A stretch of 64,000 nucleotides of DNA, taken from the NCBI RefSeq assembly GCF_009914755.1, contig NC_060925.1, one strand, 5' to 3'. Numbering within the stretch: the stretch's first letter is position 1; the number at the start of each line of letters is the position of its first letter. A program made the position numbers and the translations under genes. The DNA comes from the human T2T-CHM13v2.0 reference genome, Homo sapiens. Under the pieces are notes generated by a model. The model was not told the origin of the DNA. It ran no database searches and saw only the letters and a list, made by a program, of their open reading frames with translations. This document shows positions 1 to 64,000 of the stretch, one piece after another.

Positions 1-770
1 GGTAGGAGAGTGGGGCCAATGTGGTTGCAGTATGGGGATTTGGGTTGAGCCAGACCTTAAAAGCCCACCTTCCAGGCTAAGAAATCAGTATGTATCCTGA
101 AGGCCAGATTTGAAGTAGAGTGATAAATGGGGATTGGTATTTTAGCAAGCTTATCCTACCAATGGCTGAAAATCTGAAATCAGATGGAAATTTGAAATCA
201 GGAGGCCACTTAATTATGTGGCCATTCCAGAGCTCAGTCAGAGATGAAGGAAATGGTTTTTCAGCAGCAATGGGAATAAGAGGATAGGAGGGGTGTAAGA
301 AATATGTAGGAAGATGTTCAAGAGCATTGGCAAAATATGACTGGCTCTGGGATTGGAGGAGTCTTGACCGCAGGGGCTGGTACCATTAACAGATAGGAAA
401 CGTCATGAGCGGACAACCGGGGAAAGGTTGGGGTTCGGAGTGCAGCAGGAGGGACAAACATAACAGTCCATTTAGCAAGTAACGAGAACCATGCAAATGC
501 TTGAAATTGTTCAGTCCTTAGTTTACTTAGCCTCTCTGAATGTGTTTGTTAATTTTGAGCATCCTCCTTAAAAAGTCCACCTCTGATTTCAATATGTTCT
601 TCCTCCATTATCTGTCAAATCAACGCCTTCATCTCTGTCTCCACTGATACTTCTTTCTTGCAGGCCACCCTAATTCCAAGCTTGCAACAGCAACTATCTC
701 CCAGTCTTCATCTTGACTCAGCTGTCTTCTAACCCATTCTGGATAAAGAATGGTGGTCCTTCTACTTTTC

Positions 771-1060
771 TTTTTTTTTTTTTTTTTGACAAAGTCTCGC
801 TCCGTCGCCCAGGCAGGAGGGCAGTGGCACAATCTCAGCTCACTGCAACCTCGGCCTCCCGGGTTCAAGTAATTCTGGCTCCCAAGTAGCTGGGATAACA
901 GGTGTGTGTCACCACAGCCGGCTAATTTTTTTTTTTTGTATTTTTAGTAGAGACGGTTTCACAATGTAGGCCAGGCTGGTCTTGAACTCCTGACCTCAAG
1001 TGATCCACCTGCCTCGGCTCCCAAAGTACTGGGATTACAGGCGTAAGCCACCACACCCGA
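771..1060 (-). mobile_element. Alu (S-type)
   Basis: poly(T) plus reverse-complement Alu dimer. Confidence 0.9.
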
Positions 1061-1066
1061 CCCTAC

Positions 1067-1200
1067 TTTTTTTTTTTAATGAAAGAGATGGGGCCTCACT
1101 ATGTTGTCCACACTGGTCACTAACTCCTGGACTCAAGCAATCCTTCTGCCTCAGCCTCCCAAATGCTGGGGTTATACATGTGAGTCACCATGCCTGGCCA
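1067..1200 (-). mobile_element. Alu left monomer/FLAM
   Basis: Reverse-complement single monomer. Confidence 0.8.
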
Positions 1201-1604
1201 AGAGTGATGGTCTTTCTAAAACGGAAATATGGTCCATGCACTTCCTTGGGAAAGTCATTCAGTGCCTCCTACTGCTGGCAGGATAAGGTCTCAAACTCTA
1301 CCACCTGCCCCATAAGGCCTGAGGGCATGCAGCTCCTGCCCGCCCTCTAGTCATCACACACATGTCACCCTGCTGAGGAGAACTCCAGCCAGACCAAGTG
1401 GGAGGACCCAGGCTCCAAAACTCCTCCAGCACCAAACGCTGTGTCCCAAATCTGTAAAGCTCTTCACCTGGCTGAGTCCTGTTTCCTCTCTCAGGAAGCT
1501 TTCTCCAGCCTTCTAAAGCCAGGATAGGGTGCATGCCGGGCCCCTTCATAGCTATGCGTTTTAATGATCTGTTCCCCCAGCGGAATTCTGAGTGCTTTAC
1601 CTGT

Positions 1605-1975
1605 TGTATTAATCCATTCTCACACTGCTATTAAAAACTACCTGAGACGAGGTAATTTCAGAACAAAAGAGGTTTAATTGACTCACAATTCCACAGGGTT
1701 AATAGGAAGCGTGACTGGGAGGCCTCAGGAAACTTACAATGGTCGAAGGAGAAGCAAGTACCTTCTTACCATGGAAGACCAGGAGAGAGAGAGTGAGGGT
1801 GGAAGTGCCAAACATTTTTAAACCATCAGATCTCGTGAGAACTCACTACCATGAGAACAGCATGGGGGAAACCTGCCCCCATGATCCAATCACCTCTCAC
1901 CCGGCCTCTTCTCCAACACTGAGGATCACAACTCGAGATGAGAGTTGGGTGGGGACACAGAGCCAAACCTTATCA
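1605..1975 (-). mobile_element. MaLR solo LTR (MSTA/THE1-like)
   Basis: tgtattaatccattctcacactgct...agccaaaccttatca is the reverse complement of the MST/THE1 consensus. Confidence 0.85.
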
Positions 1976-1984
1976 CCCTTAACC

Positions 1985-2140
1985 CACAACAACCTTATGA
2001 GGTGGATACTGTTATTATCCCCATTTTACAAACAAGGGAAAGAAAGCACAAACAGGTTAAATAACTTACCCAAGGACACAAAGAAGTAGCAACTGGATCC
2101 AGTCCAGTGTGGTCCCAGGCCCACATCGGTAACCACCATG
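1985..2140. mobile_element. MIR fragment
   Basis: MIR core-like attatccccattttacaaacaaggg...ttacccaaggacaca. Confidence 0.65.
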
Positions 2141-2303
2141 CAGAGTGTTTCTTACTTCTCATTGTAACCCTAGTGCAGAGCCTGATTAGTATAGTTGATG
2201 TTAAGTAATTTTTGTTTACCTCCATATTGTTTACTCATTCAATAAATATTAGGTTTCTACTTCTAAGGTAGTCTGTAAGAATTAGCTTGAAATGATCAAA
2301 TGA

Positions 2304-2610
<307 letters not shown>

Positions 2611-2997
2611 ATATTATTTAATGAACTTATTAATTTACACTTTCTGAAGACTTACTGTTTGTGCAGGCACACTGGTCTTAGTGCGAGAAATAGAGAATGA
2701 GAACAATACCTTTACCCTTGAGTTGACAGGCATGGGGGTTGTGACAGAAATAAATATTTTAAAAAGATCATCACTTTTTCATTCCTGTTCCTGAAGCCTT
2801 CGTGGATTATTTATGTCTGCCTTCTCCTAAAAATAATTCTATCCAGGATGCCCCGAGGATGTCATGCTGGAAGCTTCCTGTAGGTAACGAGGGGCGCCGC
2901 AGTGGTGCTAAGTGCTGAGGCTGCAGGTCTGAAGACAAAAGCCTCCAGAGCGTGACCAGGAATGGTTCGTTTGGCTGCAGCCACAGTAAGGAGCCAG

Positions 2998-3016
2998 TGC
3001 TGCCACCTGCTGGCCA
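2998..3016 (-). promoter_or_regulatory. Candidate CTCF binding motif
   Basis: Minus strand TGGCCAGCAGGTGGCAGCA closely fits the CTCF core consensus CCASYAGRKGGCRS; lies in non-repeat, mildly CpG-containing DNA. Confidence 0.65.
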
Positions 3017-3267
3017 AGAGCAGGTTCGCCCACACCCATTCTGTTGTTAGGAGGCTGAATCACAGCCAGATGGAGGAGGGAAGGGATTTTATCACAACTC
3101 GCTTAGTTTAGAGATGAGGAAACTGATGAAAAAGGGACTTGCCCAAGGTCACGTAACTGGTTTGTGGCATAGTCAGAACCGGAACCAAGTACAGGGTTCC
3201 TGCAAAACCTGATGCACGCTCCTCTGGATTCAGGCACATGGAACTTAACCTTCAAATTGCAGTATGG

Positions 3268-3429
3268 TCTTTTCTCGCTTTTTCCTTTCTCTCTTCCCTC
3301 CCCCCTTTCCCTCCCCTCCTCTCCTTTCTCCTCCCCCTCCCTCCTCTCTCCTTCCTTCCCCCTCCCCCCATCCCTCCCCTCTCCTCCCCTTCCCATCTCT
3401 CCTCCCCTCTCCTCTTTTTTTTTTTTTTT
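3268..3429. repeat. Polypyrimidine/polypurine low-complexity tract (CCCT/CCT-rich)
   Basis: ~160 nt of nearly pure C/T ending in poly(T). Confidence 0.9.
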
Positions 3430-3544
3430 GAAACCAGTTCTCATCACTGCACTTCCAGGACAGGGGAAGCACTGGGGAATGAGGCATCCTAGCTCTGTGG
3501 AGGGAAAGGGAGCTGGTCAACATATGCTTTAGGTATTTGTGGGT

Positions 3545-4400
3545 TTGTTTTTAATTAATAAACTTTATTTATAGAGCAGTTTTAGACTCATAGCAAAATT
3601 GAATGAAAGGTAGAGAATTCCCATATAGCCCCTGATCCTACATACTCACAACCTCACCTGCTAACAGCATTCCCCACTACAGCAGTTCATGTGATACAAT
3701 TGATGAACCCACACTGACACGGCATTTTGACCCAAAGTCCATAGTTTACATTAAGAGTCACTCTGCTGTTACACATTCTATGGGTTTGAACAGATGTATA
3801 ATGATGTGAATCCTCCTTCAGAGTAATGTACAGAATAGTTTCATTGCCCTAAAACTCCCCTAGGTTCCTCCTGTTCATCTCTCCTCCTCCCACCCCACTG
3901 GCAACCACTGTCTCCATAGTTTTGCCTTTTCCAGAAGGTCACATAGTTGGAACCATAGAGCATGTGGCCTTTTCAGACTGGCTTTCACTCAGTAATGTGC
4001 ATTTAAGGTTCTTCTCTGTTTTTTTCATGGCTTGATAGCTAATTTCTTTTTAGTGCTGAATAACATTCCATTGTCTAGATTTACCACAGTTTATCCATTC
4101 ACTTACTGAGGGACATCTTGGTGGCTTCCACGTTTGGGTAATTATACAGTTGCTATAAATGTCCATGTGCAGGGTTTTGTATGGATATGAGTTTTCAGTT
4201 CATTTGGGTACATGCCAAAAAGCACAATTGCTGAATTGTATGGTAAGAATATGTCTGGTTTTGTAAGAAACTATAAACTGTCTTCCAAAATGGCTGTACA
4301 ACTTCACATTCCCTCCAGCAACGAGTGAGAGTTCCCGTCACTCCACGCCCTTGCCAGCATTTGGTGTCTTAGATTTTGGCCATTCTCGTAGGTGTGTGGT
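3545..4400 (-). mobile_element. Old L1 (L1MA/L1MB-type) 3' end
   Basis: Reverse-complement L1M 3' UTR/ORF2-end motifs (agagcagttttagactcatagcaaaattga; gggacatcttggtggcttcca; aactgtcttccaaaatggctgtac). Confidence 0.8.
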
Positions 4401-5119
4401 ATGCTTTAGTTTTTTAGTAATTTGGGAGATGAACTATTAGTTTCAGAAATCCTCACACTCATTAGCACTATCTACCCATAGAATCAAAATCACAGGGAAG
4501 CCTGGTGGTGTTGACTTACAGAAAACATGAATACTTGCCTGCAGTTCACAAAGGGCACAGGGGTGAGACTCATGCTTTTGGCAGCTGTTGGGCAGCTGAG
4601 TATAAACCAGACTAAGGTGGTTGGGGCAGAACCCCAGAGTACTGTCCCCTGAGCCTATGTTCAAGCAATGCAGAGTGGCAACCAGAGGATGCTAAACTCG
4701 AAGGAGATGACTTGACTTTATCATGATCACTGCCTGCAGTTACCACCAGGAAGGCCTAACACAGGGTGCAGGATATTTAAAGAGAAGGAACGAGTATAAC
4801 CCAATAAGGAAGGCATAGGCTAGAGATAAAGGCCACCATCCAGAGAGAGTGCCCAAAGGCCTACCTTCCTTTGCCCATCAGCATTTAGACATATGTTTTA
4901 GTTTACTTCTCTCTCACTGGCTAAAAGCAGACCACAGTCGGTTTCTTTGTTTCCTGTCTGTACCGTCTGTTCTCTTTAAAGTAAAAAAAAACAAACTGTC
5001 TAAATACAGGATGGGGAGAACTTGTTAGAATACATGTGACAGTATTAAAGGCTAATGCTTATGGATCTCCTTCTGTATACTAGGCAGCAGGTTTTTTTAA
5101 GTTAAAAAAATTGTTTTTT

Positions 5120-6862
<1,743 letters not shown>

Positions 6863-7199
6863 TAGGCAGTGTTTTTCATGTAATTCTCAAAAAAAAGAAC
6901 CCCACACAACTCCATGCAGTATGTACAACTATTATTTCCACTTACAGATGAGGAAACTAAGGCACAGAGAGTAAGTAGCCAACTTGGGATTATCTTCCAG
7001 ATAATTGGAATATGTCCACAGTGACTCCAAAACTGGCTTCCAAAAAAGTGAAGGCGCATAAGTGGTTTTAATAGGACTCTTCTAGGTAGAACAAAAGAAG
7101 TAAGAGTCCTCTCCTATTCCAGATTGGCCAATCTATAGCTCATATATAAGAGAAATGGAGATAAATTTGAATATATTCGGAGACAAGTGATCAGGATAC

Positions 7200-7440
7200 T
7201 GAGGGAACCGAAAACAAGGAGCTGGTAGGAGAAGCAGAAGCAACCGGAGATATTTAGCTTGTAGAAGGCTCAAGAGAACCATGAGAGGTGTGTTCAAGAG
7301 TTTGAAGGGGTCAGTGAGGAACAAGTTTAAATTTATTCTGTATGATTCCAAAGAGTAGAACTAGGTCCATTTTTTGGAAGCTAAAGGGAACTTGAATCTT
7401 TAGATGGTCAAAGCGATTTTTAAGACAGAAAACACTGTTT
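7200..7440 (+). mobile_element. L3/CR1 LINE fragment
   Basis: Resembles recalled CR1 3' consensus (ttcaagagtttgaagggg...ccaaagagtagaactagg). Confidence 0.5.
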
Positions 7441-9163
7441 CCTGATGGTTTGCACAGACAGAGAGCCAGAAAAAGTGGACTTGAATATGCTTCGACAAGG
7501 GCACACAATTTCTGGACTTAGGCTCCAGTTCAGCCACTTACTGGCCAGATGATCTCAGGCAAGCCAAAGCATCTGCCATTCTCACCATTCAGGGTTTACA
7601 GGGAGAAGATAAGAGCAGGTCCCAGAACTCTCTGTATCTATAAAGAGTTGTACAAATGTAAGGAATTGTTATGATTAAGGCATTAGCTTATTATGACAAT
7701 GCAGTCGAAATGAATCAGAGGCTGTTCCGCTGAGTCTTCAAGATGTCCAGGTTTTGTATGTGTCACTCCTTCCACCATGAAGGATTTGAACACAGCTCTA
7801 TTATATTACAGTAGAATGGGCTCAGTGAGGTTTACACGTGCATCTGTTTTTTCTATTGGACATGTGAGCTTGCTGAGGTCAAGAATTGTGCCCTTCATGT
7901 TTTTATATCTTAACCTCCAGTACTTAGTCAGGGATTAGTATACAGTAATGAGTTGGAAAATTGTAGTGGGGTGAATAAGTGAGAGAATGAATAAAGTACA
8001 AAATAAGGCAACTAGAAAGCAAGGGATTTCTATATTGCAGCATGGGGCAAGCATGCAGCTTCCAGGATGACAGTTTTGAAGGGGACAATACTTAATTGAA
8101 GTTTAGTATTTGATGTGTTTATTTTAAAATCAGTCATCTAATATTAGTTTGTTTTTATTTGTATGGCACATTGTAATTTTCAACACTTTTTAACTTTCAC
8201 TATCTTATTCAGTATTCACAAATGTACACTAACATAGTGAAGTTATGTGGATCAGGCAGGGTGTATGTATCAGACAGGAATAAAGTGTGCTTATGGCAGA
8301 GCTCATGTTAGAACCTAATGTTCTGATTTCTTAGCTTGGAGCTCTTCCCTCCATGCCAGGCCATCAGGCCTCTGTGGTTAACCTCGTGGTATCATCTGGG
8401 TCTGTCCAACCTCGTTTGTGGAACTCAGTTATGTGATCAGGAGAAAAAATGCACAGCCTTGCTTTTGCATCTGGGAAATGATGAAGAATGAATGTTATTT
8501 CTTAAATATAAAAAAACATGTAAACTCTAAATATGTAAAAGATACCCGTGTAAAAATTATTAATATTTTAATTTTTAAAACTTGATCTTTATTTTATATT
8601 AAACATATTTATCTGATATTAAAATTTTATTTGATATTTGATGCATGTGGTTAGAGGGGCTAAGACATCACCCTGGCTTTGGAAGCTGCAGTCAGGCCCT
8701 ACAAACATGTATCTTTTCTAATTCTGTCTTTGTAGACCATGACAAATGTTTGCTATTTGTAATATTGTGCTACCTCCAAAAGACTTAACAATTGGACATT
8801 TAAAAATAAGTATTTTCAGTTAACATACTAACTAGAAACATGTCTTTTGCAACACACGATGTCATACCATCTTGAGATTAATAATTTGTAATATGATACA
8901 GTTTTGCATGGGCTGAAATAAACAGGTCAAGCTAAAACAACATGAATGGTAAAAGCAATTTTTTGTAACATTAGGAAGAAGTAAACCATGACACTCCTGA
9001 CCCTTGTAGGCCCTCCAGAAAGAGAAGAAATCAACATGTCTGTTTCTGTGTCTGGAACAGAAGAGATTATGTAGGAACCTGGAGTGGGCCAGCCACGGAG
9101 AAAGGTCAATAATAGATAATCACAAGGACATAGTGCTTATTAAAATCTTTTTTCTTTGACATG

Positions 9164-60544
<51,381 letters not shown>

Positions 60545-61220
60545 CTGTTTGTGAGAAAATCAAGAAACAGAAGAGAGTTTTTAAATATATATTTTTGAAA
60601 ATAATAGAGGTTGAAGGAAAGCTCTGTCTTCTCATATTCAGCTATAATGATGGAGATTTTCCAAGCTATCTCGCAATGGTTCTTTATTGCTGCTTCTGAT
60701 ATACTCCCTCTTCTCCTGTTCCTAAGCCCTGATTAATTTAACCTAGCTAATTCTCTCCTTTCTAGTCCTACTGCCACCCTATACTACCACAATAGCAAGC
60801 CACTACCCCCATCCAGGTCATGACCCTCTGACTGGGAGCTCCCATTGCCTAACGGCATGAACCCAGGCCTCCTTTATGTGACACACAAGACTTTCCAAAG
60901 CCTCATTCTATCCTTTCTTGCCACTCTCTGCCTAGCAATCTACCCTTCACCAACAGCAAGCAGGTGAGAGTTCCCTGCACACCCAGAGCTATTTCTCCTC
61001 TCCATGCCTTTGCTTATGCTGTCTCCTCAGCCCAGAGTGCTATGGCTTCTCATTGCCCCTCATTTGAGGTTCATCTCAAGTCTCAGCTCAGGTGTAGCCT
61101 CCTGGAAACTGTCATCAATGTCCTAAGGTTGACTACATACCCTTTCTTCTCTGAACTTCCACAATTCTCTATTGCATGACTCTATCGTTGCCCTCACTAT
61201 ATTCAACTTTTAATGCTATC

Positions 61221-61583
61221 TGATATGGTTTGGCTCTGTGTCCTCACCCAAATCTCATCCCGTATTGCAACCCCCGAGTGTCAGGGGAGAGACCTGTTGG
61301 GAAGTGATTGGATCATGAGGGCGGTTCCCCCCATGCTGTTCTCATGATAGTGAGGGAGTTCTCATGAGATTTGATGGTTTAAAAGTTTGGCACTTCCTCC
61401 CTTGCTCGCTCTCTCCTGCCACCATGTAAGACACGCCTTGCTTCCCCTTTGCCTTCTGTCATGATTATAATTTTCCTGAGGCCTCCCTAGCCATGTGGAA
61501 CTGTGAGTCAATGAAACTTCTTTTCTTTATAAATTACCCAGTCTCAGGTAGTTCTTTATAGCAGCGTGAAAACGACTAACACA
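61221..61583 (+). mobile_element. MSTA-like MaLR solo LTR
   Basis: tgatatggtttggctctgtgtc...gactaacaca; near-TSD ctatc/ttatc. Confidence 0.88.
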
Positions 61584-61659
61584 TTATCTCTCTCCTCCTC
61601 TTCTGTGAGAGCTCCTTGAGGGCAGAGAGCAGACTTTATTGATATTCAGGGCTTTGGCA

Positions 61660-62104
61660 CTTGTTGACACATGTCCCCACAATTCATATGTTAAATTCTT
61701 AGCCTCTAGGGCCTCAAAGTGTGACCTTATTTGAAAAGAGAGTCGTTGCAGATACAATTAGTTAAGATGAGATCATGCTAGAGTAGGGTAGGCCTCTAAT
61801 CCAATAAAACTGATGCCCTTATAAAAAGGAGAAATTTGGACACAAACAACACACAGGGAGAATGCCATGTGACATGAAGGCAGAGATTAGGGTGACGCTT
61901 CTACAAGCCATCTTTGGAACACCAAAGATGGCCAGCAACCACCAGAAGCTAGCAGGTGGGCATGAAACAGATTCTTCCTCATGGTCCAGAGAAGAAAAGA
62001 TGCCTTGATCTCAGACTCCTACCCCTGAGAACTATGAGACAAATTTCTGTTGTAAGCCATCCATTTGTAGTACTTTTTTACAGAGGCCCCGGCTAGTGAA
62101 TACA
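61660..62104 (+). mobile_element. MLT1B/C-like MaLR LTR
   Basis: aattcatatgttaaa...gtgaccttatttgaaaa...gccagcaaccaccagaagcta...tgaataca. Confidence 0.75.
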
Positions 62105-62571
62105 GCACTTAGTAGTTCCTGAACATAGTAGGAATTCAATTAATGATTGAATACATGAATAAACAAATGTCTTCTGACTGTTGTGAATTATCCCTTCAGC
62201 AATGATAAAGATATTTTAAAACTGGCCTTTCTCAGGCCTAACTTTAATGTGGGATAGAGATACAGCTAAGAATATTATAAGATTAACAAGCATTTTCCCC
62301 TCACACTGTTTAGGTTAGGTGGGGAAGGGATATGAGTCACCATCATTATTGTCCTGGTCATCACCACTGTTATTGAATACCATACTATCTACTTCCATGA
62401 GGAAGTAGAATGGATTGTCCCAAAGATAGCCCTCATAATATTCCTTATATGAAAATAAATAAACAACATGAGACAAGTATATTAGATCTGTCTTCCAGGG
62501 AAAAATCCAAAGACCTCTTATTCTCTATCTCCAGTCTTAGGACTAAATGGTTTGAACTAGTGATTCCCTGT

Positions 62572-63053
62572 TGAGGGAAGAGACAGACCCTCTCATATTG
62601 TTTTATACTCAGAAAAGGAAAGAAAAGTGAAATTAAAGGCAGATAGCCCGGCGCCTAGGAACCAGACCCGAAACCAGGCCTGGGCCTGCCTGACCTAAGC
62701 TCGGTAGTTAAAATTCGACCCCTGACCTAGCAACTGTTGTTATCTATAGATTCCAGACATTGTATGGAAGGGCATTGTATGGAAGGACATTGTGAAATCT
62801 CTCGTTCTGTTCTGTTTCACTGTGACCACCGGTGCTCACAGCCCCTGTCACGTACCCCCTGGCTTACTCAATCGATCACGACCCTCTCATGCGGACCCCC
62901 TTAGAGTTGTGAGCCCTTAAAAGGGACAGAAGTTGAGCATCAGACGAGCTCGGATTTTGAGACGCTAGCCTGCCGATTCTCCCAGCTGATTAAAGCCACT
63001 CCCTTCACTATCTCGGTGTCTGAGCGGTTTTGTCTGCGGCTCATCCTGCTACA
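62572..63053 (+). mobile_element. 5' LTR of HERV-E/Harlequin-type provirus (LTR2 family, probably LTR2B)
   Basis: TG...CA termini (tgagggaagagacagaccctctc ... cctgctaca); TATA-like cttaaaa at ~62916; attaaa at ~62989; followed by a PBS. Confidence 0.88.
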
Positions 63054-64000
63054 TTTCTTGGTTCCCTGACCGGGAAGCAAGGTGATTAACAGATGGTCGA
63101 GGCAGCTCCTTAGGCGGCTTTAGCCTGCCCTGTGGAACATCCCTGCTGGGGACTCCAACCAGCCAGAGTGACGCGGATCCTGAGAGCTCTCCTGGGTAGG
63201 CATTTGCCCCGGTGGGACACCTCGCCAGAGCAGTGTGTGGCAGGCCCCCGTGGAGGATCAACAGAGTGGCTGAACACCGGGAAGGAATTGGCACTTGGAG
63301 TCCGGACAACTAAAACTTGGTAAGACTAGTCTTTGGAACTTGCCCACTCCATTTGAGTGGAAGCATGGCCTGATCACCCACGGCGTGCCTTTATCAGCAC
63401 TTGGTTTTGGTTTTGACTTGGTTTGAATTACTTGACAGGACTGGTCTTGGGAACTTGCCCACTCCATTCCCACTCCATTTGAGTGGAAGCATGGCCTGAT
63501 CTGATCACCCACGGTGTGCCTGTTCCGGCACTTTGGTTTTTGTTTTTGACTTGACTTAGATTGCTTGATACTTTGGTTTTGGTTTTGACCTGGCTTGGAT
63601 TTCTGAATACTCTGATTTTGGTTTTGATTTTGGTTTAGTGTAAACTGCAAAAGTGTGTGCGTGCCCTTTTTACCCGTTCTTTGTTTTGTGGTGTGCATGT
63701 GGTGTGAGAGTGGTGTTTTGTCTCGAAGAAACATGGGTCAGGCACAAATAAGCCCACCCTACTAGAAACTATGTTGAAAAATTTCAAGAAAGGATTTAAG
63801 GGAGATTACGGTGTTACTATGACACTAGAAAAACTTAGAACTTTGTGTAAAATAGACTGGCCAACATTAGAGGTGGGTTGGCCATCAGAAGGAAGCCTAG
63901 ACAGGTCCCTTGTTTCAAATGTATGGCACAAGGTAACCTGTAAGCCAAGGCACACAGACCAGTTTCTGTACGTAGACAATTACAGCTGGTTTTAGACCCC
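63054..64000 (+). mobile_element. ERV1 (HERV-E/Harlequin) internal region: leader and defective gag start; runs off window
   Basis: gag ATG at 63733 (MGQAQ, myristoylation-type start) is out of frame with the downstream MLKNFKKGFKGDYGVTMT..KLRTLCKIDWPTLEVGWPSEGSLD matrix peptide (63771-63995). Confidence 0.88.
63059..63076 (+). other. Retroviral primer-binding site complementary to tRNA-Glu
   Basis: TGGTTCCCTGACCGGGAA is the reverse complement of the 3' 18 nt of tRNA-Glu(CTC) including CCA. Confidence 0.92.

Noticed and set aside
3103-3532. Gly/Glu/Arg-rich and Pro/Ser/Leu-rich ORFs
   Set aside because: Produced by the low-complexity pyrimidine tract
63059-63076. tRNA-like sequence
   Set aside because: Only the 18-nt retroviral PBS, not a tRNA gene
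63258-63734. 158-aa minus-strand ORF with QNQNQ repeats
   Set aside because: Antisense reading of the T/G-rich repetitive ERV leader; no coding evidence

Overview
Human (hominoid) genomic DNA. It contains the 3' two-thirds of the ADCY10 (soluble adenylyl cyclase, sAC) coding sequence on the minus strand: 19 GT-AG exons that splice into one stop-free 3,217-nt reading frame ending ...RANTVDNHF* at 9164. These are exons 15-33 if the canonical 33-exon, 1610-aa model I recall is used, i.e. residues ~539-1610 (P-loop/STAND region, reported haem-binding region, TPR-like helical tail). The catalytic exons lie beyond the right edge. The rest is dense in repeats: ~39 Alu elements, old L1/L2/MIR/L3, MaLR and MER4 LTRs, hAT DNA transposon relics, a full-length SVA with a 14-bp TSD downstream of the gene, and the 5' LTR, tRNA-Glu PBS and start of gag of a HERV-E/Harlequin-type provirus antisense to ADCY10. 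The most notable items are: (i) a TSD-flanked FAM177A1 retrocopy in intron 30 that seems to preserve a non-canonical isoform (extra 85-nt exon, alternative terminal exon) and a CpG-rich 5' end; (ii) the LTR2-type provirus as a candidate antisense or chimeric promoter; (iii) a 78-nt, in-frame, stop-free intron; (iv) several unusual retroposition footprints. I found no convincing evidence of a wholly new biological system. Exon and TSD coordinates were counted by hand. Repeat boundaries and subfamily names are approximate and come from recalled consensus sequences.
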